Virus record (IMG/VR): IMGVR_UViG_3300024262_006558
Coordinates: 324,595 to 388,594 of that record
Strand: one strand, 5' to 3'
Length of the DNA: 64,000 nt
The position numbers and the translations under genes were made by a program. Of this stretch, positions 55,158 through 64,000 are shown piece by piece; the first letter of the stretch is position 1; the number at the start of each line of letters is the position of its first letter. The notes under the pieces are model-generated. The model was not told the DNA's origin. It worked only from the letters and a program-made list of their open reading frames with translations, and did not search any database.

Positions 55158-56230
55158 TTCTTTTTTGATTTAGTTTTTTTAGATTCTGATTTATCCTCTT
55201 TTTCAGCATAAACTTTCATCGCTTCACGTAATTCTTTTGATATTTTTTCATCTGCCTCAGAGTAAAATATTTCAAAATCGCACTCAAAATCTTCAATATC
55301 TTTTCTTTTTTCTAAAGAAACCCAACCGTTTTCTTTATCAAAAACATCATCAATTGGATCATATACCAATTTATATTCCAATTTAGATGTTTTTGCAAAT
55401 GCATGAGTTCTTTTTACTTGGGCCTCCATCATCATTTCCAATATTCTTCTTACTAAGAAGTTAATATCATCGTTTGATAATAAACATCCATACTCAGGAG
55501 TTTTATCTGAACCTGAGTTAAGCGTAAAGTAATTTATGTCAGAATTAAATGATGGTAATTTACTTTTTAAAAAATATTTGAATTTTTCAAAGTCATCGGG
55601 ATTAATCATCTGTCTATCATACAATAAATCAAATGATAAGAATTGCATAGATTGTATATCAATATCACCCTCACTCATATAAGTGATCTCTCCAACTTCT
55701 TCTTTTTTGTGCAAGGTTATACCAGATTTGTCTTTATCACCTGTTTCTTTTTCTGATCTTCTTGAGTGAAAACCTAAGACACTTTTGGCGTCATTAGTTT
55801 GTTCAGCATATGATAAATTAAGGCAACTCTTCTTTTTCTCACCCGCTCCACCGCTAATAGTTGTCATAAATCCTCTAACTAACATTTCAGGCGTAGCATA
55901 GTACATTAATTTCAAATCTTTGTTTGAATTTATACTTGAATTATAACCTTCATCAGGAAAAATGGCGCTCTTTAAGCATTGGGAGGAAATAGCAATTTTA
56001 TAATTAGCCGCCTTTACTTCTTCACCTTTGTCATTTATAACAATGTTTTCATAGATATTTTTTTTGGCATATGAAACGTTATCATTTAAATCAATTAAAT
56101 GATTTAAACCATCAACTGGTTTACCTTTATTCCAAAAAGCTAACGTTTGTTTTTTATCATCGTAATTAACAATTCCTCGACCTTCTAATTTCCATCTAAG
56201 TAGAATGTTTTTAACTTTTCTTTTCATCAT
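55154..56230 (-). CDS. cas7fv: Cas7fv-like Cascade backbone subunit
   Basis: LEGRGIVNYD, ISSQCLKSAIF, LVRGF, TYMSEGDIDIQSMQFLSFDLLYDR, EYGCLLSNDD align with recalled Shewanella Cas7fv. Confidence 0.8.
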   Translation of the reverse strand: MMKRKVKNILLRWKLEGRGIVNYDDKKQTLAFWNKGKPVDGLNHLIDLNDNVSYAKKNIYENIVINDKGEEVKAANYKIAISSQCLKSAIFPDEGYNSSINSNKDLKLMYYATPEMLVRGFMTTISGGAGEKKKSCLNLSYAEQTNDAKSVLGFHSRRSEKETGDKDKSGITLHKKEEVGEITYMSEGDIDIQSMQFLSFDLLYDRQMINPDDFEKFKYFLKSKLPSFNSDINYFTLNSGSDKTPEYGCLLSNDDINFLVRRILEMMMEAQVKRTHAFAKTSKLEYKLVYDPIDDVFDKENGWVSLEKRKDIEDFECDFEIFYSEADEKISKELREAMKVYAEKEDKSESKKTKSKKK

Positions 56231-56271
56231 TTTTTATATTTAAGAGTAGTAAGTTTATATTTTTTTCCCAA

Positions 56272-58494
56272 TTAAACAAATGTTTCTAACATTTTCTTAT
56301 CAATTAACCCATAAGTTTCGCTATAAACATTATTATAAGTGATGTATGGAGTGTTGCTAAACACTGCACATCTCCTGAAAGAATCTATTGTCATCTTATC
56401 GTTTTTGTATTTATTCCCATAATCAAACCTATCATCGCCTTTTAAAGATTTAATAGTCTTCTTTATGTTTGACAATGTTTTACTGGTCTCTTTAAAATGC
56501 TGATCAAATCCATATGTAACACTTTTAGTGAAAGGGTCTGACCAAGTACCACACTCTCTCTTGCATATATAAAATACTTGCGCATTTGAACATCTCAACT
56601 TATTAGATCCAGATTTAATAATATCACTTTCAGATTTAGAAGACTTTGTATACACAAAGCTAATTTTTTTCAAATTAGCTAAAGACTCTCTGTGTACATT
56701 ACTTAAATACTTACTGAAAGCATTTACTTCTTTCACGGAATACTCATTATATAACTCATAGAATTCATCTAGAGTTATATACTTTATGTCTTTTGATTCA
56801 AGAAATGTATACCAACTATCCATTAACTCTGTATTGTATAATTTGGAAACAGTTTCCTTCTCTATATGATTGTGCGATTTAAAGATGTTTATAGTACACT
56901 CCTCTGATATATCACCCCAGCGATTGACTCTACCAATTCTTTGAGCTGTAGCTAAATGAGACATAACAGATTCATATAAATGATTGAAGCTTATATCGAT
57001 AGAAGCTTGTATTATTAACGTAGAGCATAAAGAATTCTTTACTATATTTCTTGAGCTTTTTTTATTGTATGTTTTATAGATAGAATCAAACATCTCTTCT
57101 TTTTTCTTATTTTCAAATTTGCTATGAAATAAGTCTAATTTATTATTCTCAAATTTAAATCTTTGAGAATTTGAAACATTATTAAAAACATATAAAGAGT
57201 TATCTTTAACTTCTACATTACCATAATCTATTAAGCTTACTTTATACTCTTTAGAGTGAGCTGAGGGATAGTGCGTATTTTCAGATGGTAATATTTTAGT
57301 ACATTTTAATGTTGGATCTATTATAGAGTGTATATTTATTGGAGTAGCACTAAGAAGCATAGTCTTGCTATTGGTAAACATTGTTCTCATCTTAAGCATA
57401 TTTGTGAACAAGGAAAAGTAAGCTTCTCTAGTTATGAACTCATGGTATTCATCGAAAACAACATCACATTTTGCAATATAATAAAGCCTTGATAAAATAG
57501 GGTTTTTTAGGTTTGGAGATAGAAAATTATCTATATTGGTAATTATAATATCTGAATTAAACTCTTCTGTATCATTGTGATTTTTCTTTTTGGTTTCTGA
57601 TGTTAAAAATAACTCAACTTTTAAATTGCAATTTATATTTTCCAACTCAGACAAAATGCTATAATAAACAGATTCAGCAACAGTGTTTCTAGGGCATACC
57701 CAAATGAGTTTTTTGTCAGAAGATTTTATATTCCACAATAAACCAGTTAAAGTTTTTCCAAATCCTGCAGCTGCATTAACTATTAAATTTTTTGATTTAT
57801 CTTCTGATATTTTTATTTGATTGTCTAACCTTTCATTCTTATCGAAAGTATCTAGATTATATAAGGGATTTTCTCTATATATATTTGATTGAGAGCTTGT
57901 GTCGATCATTCTATCTGCAGATACTAGAATAGTTCTGAAGAACATTTTTTTGATATCTTCATTTATATCATCTCTAAGCACGTTTTCACCGTAATATTTT
58001 GGCAACACATAATCAACAGTTACTTCTTTTAGATAATCTTTACTTAATACCGTTGTTAAATACTTCTTCATAATATTTTTATCACTAATAGATATGGTAT
58101 CTAAAATAGATTCAGAAGTAGGTAAAGTTTTAGGATAATTTTTTATTCCATGATGATATAAAACACAATCAGTCACAAAATGTTTATAGCTAGAATCAAA
58201 TTTTAAATATTTCTCCAAAAAAGCCCATCCAATTTCATTATGTAAAAAAACATCTTTCCTAGTTTCATTTTTGCTTTTTAAATTTTCCTGAAATGCTGTT
58301 GTGCATTTACCTATATCATGCAATAAAGCTGATACTTTTACAATATCGATAAAAACTTTTTTCTCATCTGCATCAAAATAGTAATCACTTTCTTCTAAAT
58401 ACATTTCTTCTAATATATACAAAGCTCTCTCTGCAACATATGAAGAGTGTTCTATTAATGTGACACCATTGCTTTTTGCTAAAATTTTTTTCAT
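56272..58494 (-). CDS. cas3: Cas3 HD nuclease-helicase (stand-alone, no Cas2 fusion)
   Basis: LLHDIGK, HN..G, YHHG, SADR; AAAGFGKT, DEYH, SATP, QASIDIS, QRIGRVNRWG. Confidence 0.93.
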   Translation of the reverse strand: MKKILAKSNGVTLIEHSSYVAERALYILEEMYLEESDYYFDADEKKVFIDIVKVSALLHDIGKCTTAFQENLKSKNETRKDVFLHNEIGWAFLEKYLKFDSSYKHFVTDCVLYHHGIKNYPKTLPTSESILDTISISDKNIMKKYLTTVLSKDYLKEVTVDYVLPKYYGENVLRDDINEDIKKMFFRTILVSADRMIDTSSQSNIYRENPLYNLDTFDKNERLDNQIKISEDKSKNLIVNAAAGFGKTLTGLLWNIKSSDKKLIWVCPRNTVAESVYYSILSELENINCNLKVELFLTSETKKKNHNDTEEFNSDIIITNIDNFLSPNLKNPILSRLYYIAKCDVVFDEYHEFITREAYFSLFTNMLKMRTMFTNSKTMLLSATPINIHSIIDPTLKCTKILPSENTHYPSAHSKEYKVSLIDYGNVEVKDNSLYVFNNVSNSQRFKFENNKLDLFHSKFENKKKEEMFDSIYKTYNKKSSRNIVKNSLCSTLIIQASIDISFNHLYESVMSHLATAQRIGRVNRWGDISEECTINIFKSHNHIEKETVSKLYNTELMDSWYTFLESKDIKYITLDEFYELYNEYSVKEVNAFSKYLSNVHRESLANLKKISFVYTKSSKSESDIIKSGSNKLRCSNAQVFYICKRECGTWSDPFTKSVTYGFDQHFKETSKTLSNIKKTIKSLKGDDRFDYGNKYKNDKMTIDSFRRCAVFSNTPYITYNNVYSETYGLIDKKMLETFV

Positions 58495-58504
58495 TGCTTA
58501 TTAT

Positions 58505-58987
58505 TTAATCTACAAACTCACACTCTTCATATAAGAAAAACATGCCTCCAGGACATTCTTCGAACCATATAGAATAATCCCAGTACCCATCATTGCTAGA
58601 CCCTACAACTTCACTTACAGTGAGATATTCATACTTAGATAATTCAACCGCTAATTTAGCTCCAACACTATCGTCCCATTTAATAACCCTCATCTTGTCC
58701 CCTATCTTAGGCTCTCTTTCACCAGGTTTATTTACAACATCATGATTGTTTGTGTTATTAGCTTCCCATTCATCCCATGACTCCTGAACTAAAGCAGGCG
58801 ATCCATTATCAACTTTTACAGTCATAAAAAATTCTTCTTCTTTATCGATTCCTTCTCCAGATTCTTTTAACTCAGAAATTCTATCCTTAACTCTAGCGGC
58901 TAAGAAATATTCTTCTTTTTCAGAGTACTCATTCATTAACCTATTGAGAGTTACAAAGTTTCTGATGTTTTCTATTTTCATTTCCAA
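58505..58987 (-). CDS. Hypothetical protein with N-terminal UVR motif
   Basis: LMNEYSEKEEYFLAARVKDRISE. Confidence 0.6.
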   Translation of the reverse strand: MEMKIENIRNFVTLNRLMNEYSEKEEYFLAARVKDRISELKESGEGIDKEEEFFMTVKVDNGSPALVQESWDEWEANNTNNHDVVNKPGEREPKIGDKMRVIKWDDSVGAKLAVELSKYEYLTVSEVVGSSNDGYWDYSIWFEECPGGMFFLYEECEFVD

Positions 58988-59328
58988 AATATTTGAATTA
59001 ATATCAATAAAAGAGCTATAGATAAAGATACTCCAGCTTTCATGTTAAATGGCTGATTTAGTATTATACTAGTGAATATAGCGAACACTACCATACCAGC
59101 CGAGAATGTTAGGATTCTTATTGGCCAAGCTTCTCCATCGAAACCTTCTCTAGCATATTTAGTTCCATACATAAATACAATAGTTATAGGAACCGATGTC
59201 ACTATTGGGATCCACATATTGGAACCCATAAGAGATGGCCACTTAATCTGACCAAAGACTTGAAACCAAGTCATTGTCTGCCCTACTAGAAATAGAGCAA
59301 ACGCTATAATTACACTTTTGACATCCAT
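58978..59328 (-). CDS. Four-TM membrane protein (SMR/DMT-like)
   Basis: Four hydrophobic helices, 116 aa. Confidence 0.55.
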   Translation of the reverse strand: MDVKSVIIAFALFLVGQTMTWFQVFGQIKWPSLMGSNMWIPIVTSVPITIVFMYGTKYAREGFDGEAWPIRILTFSAGMVVFAIFTSIILNQPFNMKAGVSLSIALLLILIQIFWK

Positions 59329-59329
59329 A

Positions 59330-59551
59330 TTATTCCTCTTCCTGTTTTGGCGCTTTGTCGCACATCAATTCCATGTGAGCATAATGATCATTAATAATGT
59401 ATGTTATCAATCCGCAATATGGGCAGTGGTGCCCAGGTTCTTTTTCAGACTCTTCTTTTTCAGACTTGTGAATGCAAGGCCCTTCACCTTTACAATATTT
59501 TGGATTTGCAATATCAGAGCAGCCACATTTAATACACTTAAGATAAAACAT
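59330..59551 (-). CDS. Small Cys-rich zinc-binding protein
   Basis: CIKC, CPYC. Confidence 0.55.
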   Translation of the reverse strand: MFYLKCIKCGCSDIANPKYCKGEGPCIHKSEKEESEKEPGHHCPYCGLITYIINDHYAHMELMCDKAPKQEEE

Positions 59552-59553
59552 AA

Positions 59554-60105
59554 TTATAAATTTGCTTTTTTAACTTGATCTGTGATATCTTTATATGTCA
59601 TTGACTTATAACCTGAATACTCTTCATGATCTCTTAATATTTTACCAAGGCATTCATTTGGTGCATCCCAGTAATCAGCAGTTTCACCACTTGGTATCAT
59701 AACTCTGCATCCATGTAATTCACCTGCTGATGAAATATATCTACCAGTTGCATTTCTACATATCTTGATCCACGGCCAAACCTTATCTTCATTTAGAAAG
59801 TATTTAATCTTACCTCCAATATCTTCTGTTTTGAAATCTGCTATCTCATTAGTTACTGGATCTTCATCACCATTTTTTACAAGAGCAGTTTCATACATGT
59901 AAAACTGTTCCTCATCTTCCACATCTTGAAGTACTCCTAAAACTGTTATAGGGTATTTATCCTCATAGTTACTTTCTATAGGATTCTCAAATTTACCGAC
60001 CAATAACAATTCGTCTTTTAATCTAATCACACCTTCAATGTGTAAGATAGAAAACTCTCCAGTGCAAGCTCTTTCGTATTTAATTTCCATACCTAAATAT
60101 AACAA
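59554..60105 (-). CDS. Hypothetical protein
   Basis: 183 aa; MYETAL. Confidence 0.55.
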   Translation of the reverse strand: MLYLGMEIKYERACTGEFSILHIEGVIRLKDELLLVGKFENPIESNYEDKYPITVLGVLQDVEDEEQFYMYETALVKNGDEDPVTNEIADFKTEDIGGKIKYFLNEDKVWPWIKICRNATGRYISSAGELHGCRVMIPSGETADYWDAPNECLGKILRDHEEYSGYKSMTYKDITDQVKKANL

Positions 60106-60129
60106 TTAACAAAGACTTAAACAAGACTG

Positions 60130-60333
60130 CTACTTAATGACTTCACTTAAACATACTCCAGTAACAGAATAAGAAGTTCCAAACTCACTGTCTTTATCTC
60201 CTTCAAAATATTTTTTCACTTTATTCTCCGCCTCTTTTTCAGAGTCGGCCTCAACAAGTCGAATACTATCTCCATTTATTGGGTCACACATGTACTCGTA
60301 CATCACAAAACTAATTTGCGCTAAATATAACAT
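60130..60333 (-). CDS. Hypothetical protein
   Basis: RLVEADSEKEAE common phage motif. Confidence 0.55.
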   Translation of the reverse strand: MLYLAQISFVMYEYMCDPINGDSIRLVEADSEKEAENKVKKYFEGDKDSEFGTSYSVTGVCLSEVIK

Positions 60334-60334
60334 A

Positions 60335-60817
60335 TTATTCTTCAGTTAATGTTTTAACTCTTTCCTCTCTAATTTCGTTTGCAGAGATTCTAATTTTTAA
60401 ATCTTGAGATCTATAAACCTCCAATTCTTTTAAGAGAACTTTTATTTGTGTCTTATTTTTTTCACCCGCTATTCTATCAGGATCTTTGAGCCTTTCAATT
60501 ATTTTTTTTTGATGATCAATTCTTTGATTTTTCTTATCTATAATCTCATTAACATACCCTTTCATCTTACTCTTTAAATGACTATTAACTTTTTTAGCAT
60601 TTATAGGTAAATCAAAATGATCTAGCTCATGTTGAATTAAATCAATTTCCTTAGGCGTTAATTCAACAATATTTAAAATAGCGCTAATCACCTTCTGACT
60701 CTTTTCATACATTTGGATATTGTGCAGATTTTCTTTTTGAATATTTTCAAGTTTATCCTCTTGATATTTTATCTGCTTATATAATTGCGATAATCTAAAT
60801 TTCAAATCCATTTCCAT
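60335..60817 (-). CDS. Coiled-coil hypothetical protein
   Basis: 160 aa. Confidence 0.55.
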   Translation of the reverse strand: MEMDLKFRLSQLYKQIKYQEDKLENIQKENLHNIQMYEKSQKVISAILNIVELTPKEIDLIQHELDHFDLPINAKKVNSHLKSKMKGYVNEIIDKKNQRIDHQKKIIERLKDPDRIAGEKNKTQIKVLLKELEVYRSQDLKIRISANEIREERVKTLTEE

Positions 60818-60832
60818 ATCTATATATTTTAA

Positions 60833-61405
60833 TTATTCTTCAGTTAATGATTTGATCTGTTCTAAACTTTCCAAATGAATATCTCCATCATGAGGATGAA
60901 TCCAAACTATTTTATGATTTACAAGAACCTCTTCGAATTTCTTGTTCATAGCTAACTTAAACTTTTTCTCTTCCTCATAACTAAGGTTGTCATCAGCAAT
61001 CTCGCTTCTCCATTCATCTATATACTCAATAAATGAATTAGGAAGACTATAAACGGACATTCTAATCTCAAAGTTCTTATCCTTTAATTTGGTAAGAAGA
61101 TTGATCATTAATTCTAATTGCATGAAACCATCGAAAACTGTAGATAAACAGAAAAGTTGACCCTCAGGAAGTTCATTGAAGAACTTAAGAGTCTCATCTC
61201 TATTGTCTGGCCAGAATCGTTCTCTCATATCATAATGAGTGAACTCAATATCGTTTCTTTTCATATACTTAAGAAGTCTCTTAGGTATATCTCTTTCAAA
61301 TCCGTTTTCTAATACTATTGCTTTCATATCATCAATTATTTTCATTATACCATTTAACAAAATCCACGCAAGCCTTATAATAAGCTTTCTTGCGATCCAA
61401 AACAC
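60833..61405 (-). CDS. Hypothetical protein
   Basis: 190 aa; real start may be MKIIDD. Confidence 0.55.
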   Translation of the reverse strand: MFWIARKLIIRLAWILLNGIMKIIDDMKAIVLENGFERDIPKRLLKYMKRNDIEFTHYDMRERFWPDNRDETLKFFNELPEGQLFCLSTVFDGFMQLELMINLLTKLKDKNFEIRMSVYSLPNSFIEYIDEWRSEIADDNLSYEEEKKFKLAMNKKFEEVLVNHKIVWIHPHDGDIHLESLEQIKSLTEE

Positions 61406-61697
61406 CCTTCACCTCAAGTATTGTTTTAGAACTAAGAGTAGAGTTTTCCTTAATGCATATTTCAGATTTAAAAGTAAACCATGGAAAACCTTTCCCATGC
61501 TCTATTTCATCCACAACGGGCATTAACCAATCCCATGAACTATCAAACCTTAATTCTCCAGCTGGAGTTCTATGAGTGACAAAATCACAGCCCCTTTTAT
61601 ATAGATCAGAGCTGGGATCATTTATATAACCCAGGCTTCCATTCTCTATACCCATGAAATCGGCTATAAGAATATTATTTTCTATACTTCCCTCCAT
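61332..61697 (-). CDS. Conserved phage hypothetical protein
   Basis: N.LIADFMG...F.SSWDWLMPVV..IE. Confidence 0.6.
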   Translation of the reverse strand: MEGSIENNILIADFMGIENGSLGYINDPSSDLYKRGCDFVTHRTPAGELRFDSSWDWLMPVVDEIEHGKGFPWFTFKSEICIKENSTLSSKTILEVKGVLDRKKAYYKACVDFVKWYNENN

Positions 61698-62515
61698 TAT
61701 TTCAATAAATTTTTAACGTTCTCCAAATGTTCTTGACTCATGATTCTACCATTTGTATTAACTCGAATAAACAACTCAATCAACTGATTTTTATTAAGCT
61801 CGTTAACTTCGGCTACATTTACCGTAAAACCTCTGAATTGGTTTTGATCACGTATAGACATTTGAGAAAATAATAAACCTTTGTACGCAAATCTATCTTC
61901 ATAGAATTCTATCAAAGCGGTCATTCTTTGCTTCCCATCAACAATCTCATATAACTCTCCTTTTTCTGAATAAGATCTTCTGTTAAATAAGAACTTTCCC
62001 AAATCATAGTTTTTCATGAGGGAATCTATAAGAGCTACCTTATCATCTATATCCCATACATGATCTCTTTGGTATTCGGGATCCATATCTACTCCAAAGT
62101 AATAATGTTTATGAAGAAGTGAATCGATATCTTGTTGCATATAACTCAAATGAAACTCATCTTTCTCGCAAAGTATTTCTGTAGAATTACCCGTGACAGG
62201 CCTTAAGACTGTCCAATGAACATAGTCAATATCTACCTTAGTTTCTTTCTCTCTACTGTGAGCTCCAGGAACACTAGTCTTTTCAATTTTATAATAAAGA
62301 CCTCCATCAAACACTTCAAGGACTACAGTTTTTGTGACAGCTCCATACTTAACCTCTTCACCCGCTTTGAATGAATACGTTGTTTTTTTTGAACCAAACA
62401 TACCTTTAACTCTATTCAGAGAAGCTTCAAGGTTTTGTTGTTTTCTTTCAGCCTCAACCTTAGCTTCTTTCTCTATTTTCCTTTGAGCTTTTTGCTCTTC
62501 CGTCATCTTAGCCAT
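61697..62515 (-). CDS. DUF262 (ParB/GmrS-like) domain protein
   Basis: PEYQRDHVW, LIDSL, EIVDGKQRMT, F.RVN..G. Confidence 0.82.
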   Translation of the reverse strand: MAKMTEEQKAQRKIEKEAKVEAERKQQNLEASLNRVKGMFGSKKTTYSFKAGEEVKYGAVTKTVVLEVFDGGLYYKIEKTSVPGAHSREKETKVDIDYVHWTVLRPVTGNSTEILCEKDEFHLSYMQQDIDSLLHKHYYFGVDMDPEYQRDHVWDIDDKVALIDSLMKNYDLGKFLFNRRSYSEKGELYEIVDGKQRMTALIEFYEDRFAYKGLLFSQMSIRDQNQFRGFTVNVAEVNELNKNQLIELFIRVNTNGRIMSQEHLENVKNLLK

Positions 62516-62561
62516 AATAATGTTTTTAGATAATTAAAATATGTAATTAATTTGCTATATA

Positions 62562-63017
62562 TTAATCATAATATTGTGATTCTTCAATATCCATAGTAGG
62601 TGAAAGATGCTTAAAATAATGTTCAACTACATAAAACGTCATGCTTTCATTATAAACATCATCATGATCAACTATGTACCCTCCTTTTATGTAATAAGTG
62701 TTCTGCATCTTCTTAGCAGAAGATTTAGATAAAATAGATTTACTAGATTTTCTATAAACTCCGTAACTTAAAAAGTATTCTCTCTTACCTGATTTCGTAA
62801 AATCTCCTTCATCGCACCCTGGACACCTAAAGGTGGAATATACAATAGTAACTGAATTTTCATTTAGAATTTCAATTTCAAGCCTAGCTGAATTTCCATC
62901 TTTTAGGTTTTGCTGACAAATATAAACTTCAATCTCTTTTTGAGCAAAAGATATAGATGTTAATAAAACGCAAATAGATAATAGTAAATTTTTCATAATA
63001 ATAAGTTTTAGCTTCAC
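62562..63017 (-). CDS. Secreted/periplasmic hypothetical protein
   Basis: MKNLLLSICVLLTSISFAQ Bacteroidota-type signal peptide. Confidence 0.55.
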   Translation of the reverse strand: MKLKLIIMKNLLLSICVLLTSISFAQKEIEVYICQQNLKDGNSARLEIEILNENSVTIVYSTFRCPGCDEGDFTKSGKREYFLSYGVYRKSSKSILSKSSAKKMQNTYYIKGGYIVDHDDVYNESMTFYVVEHYFKHLSPTMDIEESQYYD

Positions 63018-63064
63018 TTACTATAACGAATATTTTCTTATAATGTTTCCTAAATGGAAACTTT

Positions 63065-64000
63065 TTATTTTTTTAGCCAAGGAAAGTCGTGAGATACATT
63101 AGTATCATATATGGCAAATTCGGTAATAACCTTTTCATATGAAAACTGTTTAGACAATAAAGAATCTTTCAACTTTTCTAGATTAGCATCAAAAACTTCT
63201 CTGGTGCCTTTTTTCTCTCTAAGAGTAACCATCATTACACTTGATCCATCTGGATTCTTCTTGAATGCATTGCTCGACAGATGTGAGTCATTAGATTTAG
63301 CAATTTCCTCTAAAGAAGCCTTCTCTTCAAGGTTTTTAATCAATACTCCAATGTGAGCTTCAAAATAACAATCTTGAGGCATCTTTGTAGAATGAGAGTC
63401 ATTCGATGGAGCCATTGGATGCCATGGAACTGATTCTATTTTTTCTCTTACCACCTCATAACCCAACGTTAGCAATTCAAATGAAAGCCTTTTAGCTTCT
63501 ATATAAGAAGAAGCATTAGTTCCATAACAATGAGAAGATGTCATAACATCTTCTATAATTACTTCTCCTCCGTTTTGCAAGTCTAACACTATAGGCTTAA
63601 CTTTAAGCTTGTCTTTACAATCTGAAACAAATTTACTTATATTTTCAGGCCTCTTAACTGTGATATGTATTTCAAATGGTAATGGATAATCAACAGACTC
63701 TTCTTTAGTTTGAATCTTTTGCCATTTTATAGACTTATGTCTAATCATACTGACTAAATCTTCAAATTCAAATCCCATAGATAATGGAATAGACATAGCG
63801 GTAAGCATTACATCCGCAGATTCTTCAAGTATCTTTTCTTTTTCTATAAATCTATGAGTTGTTCCTGGAGCATTATCAAAAGGAAGTATAACTCTTGCCA
63901 GTTCACCAGTTTCTTCCGCTACTTTCAAAGCTTTTTCAGATAGCGTTTTTTTATCTCTCATTGAGAGATCAGCAATATAATTAATTAGATCTTGATCCAT
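63065..64000 (-). CDS. MazG-like nucleotide pyrophosphohydrolase fused to C-terminal domain
   Basis: KVAEETGELA...EESADV; C-term FEIHIT / FEAHI duplicated motif. Confidence 0.75.
   Translation of the reverse strand: MDQDLINYIADLSMRDKKTLSEKALKVAEETGELARVILPFDNAPGTTHRFIEKEKILEESADVMLTAMSIPLSMGFEFEDLVSMIRHKSIKWQKIQTKEESVDYPLPFEIHITVKRPENISKFVSDCKDKLKVKPIVLDLQNGGEVIIEDVMTSSHCYGTNASSYIEAKRLSFELLTLGYEVVREKIESVPWHPMAPSNDSHSTKMPQDCYFEAHIGVLIKNLEEKASLEEIAKSNDSHLSSNAFKKNPDGSSVMMVTLREKKGTREVFDANLEKLKDSLLSKQFSYEKVITEFAIYDTNVSHDFPWLKK

Noticed and set aside
2527-63356. Most short plus-strand ORFs overlapping minus-strand genes
   Set aside because: Antisense shadows with no motifs; only the three endonucleases and the terminase fragment are credible plus-strand genes.

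Overview
AT-rich, densely coding 64-kb segment of a jumbo (T4-like/'huge') phage, almost all genes on the minus strand. The host is probably Bacteroidota (TAnnTTTG -7 promoter elements, Bacteroidota-like CRISPR repeat), and the standard genetic code fits. Content: translation and RNA-repair genes (GluRS, monomeric mitochondrial-type PheRS, Rnl1 ligase, PNK/HAD, Tpt1/KptA, Thg1-like, 2H phosphoesterase), ClpP plus four UVR-motif proteins, NAD/ADP-ribose enzymes, a TerY-P-like kinase/phosphatase/vWA triad, three antisense homing endonucleases, a tRNA cluster at 49.0-52.1 kb and a minimal type I-F2(Fv)-like CRISPR-Cas (cas3-cas7fv-cas5fv-cas6; 13 repeats of 36 nt). Strongest novel signal: ten small genes share an N-terminal MRKxFY leader fused to fragments resembling phage proteins (several blocks of gp23-type major capsid protein including the Gol-peptide region, terminase ATPase, helicase-like, tail-fibre-like), suggesting a decoy or interference library. 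Other highlights: tRNAs interrupted by hairpin-closed insertions alongside a fungal-style heal-and-seal enzyme set, a leader-peptide attenuator ahead of the tRNA operon, a Pnkp-like gene split by an antisense LAGLIDADG gene, and a fossil gltX 5' end. All homology calls come from motifs recognised by eye; no database searches were run.
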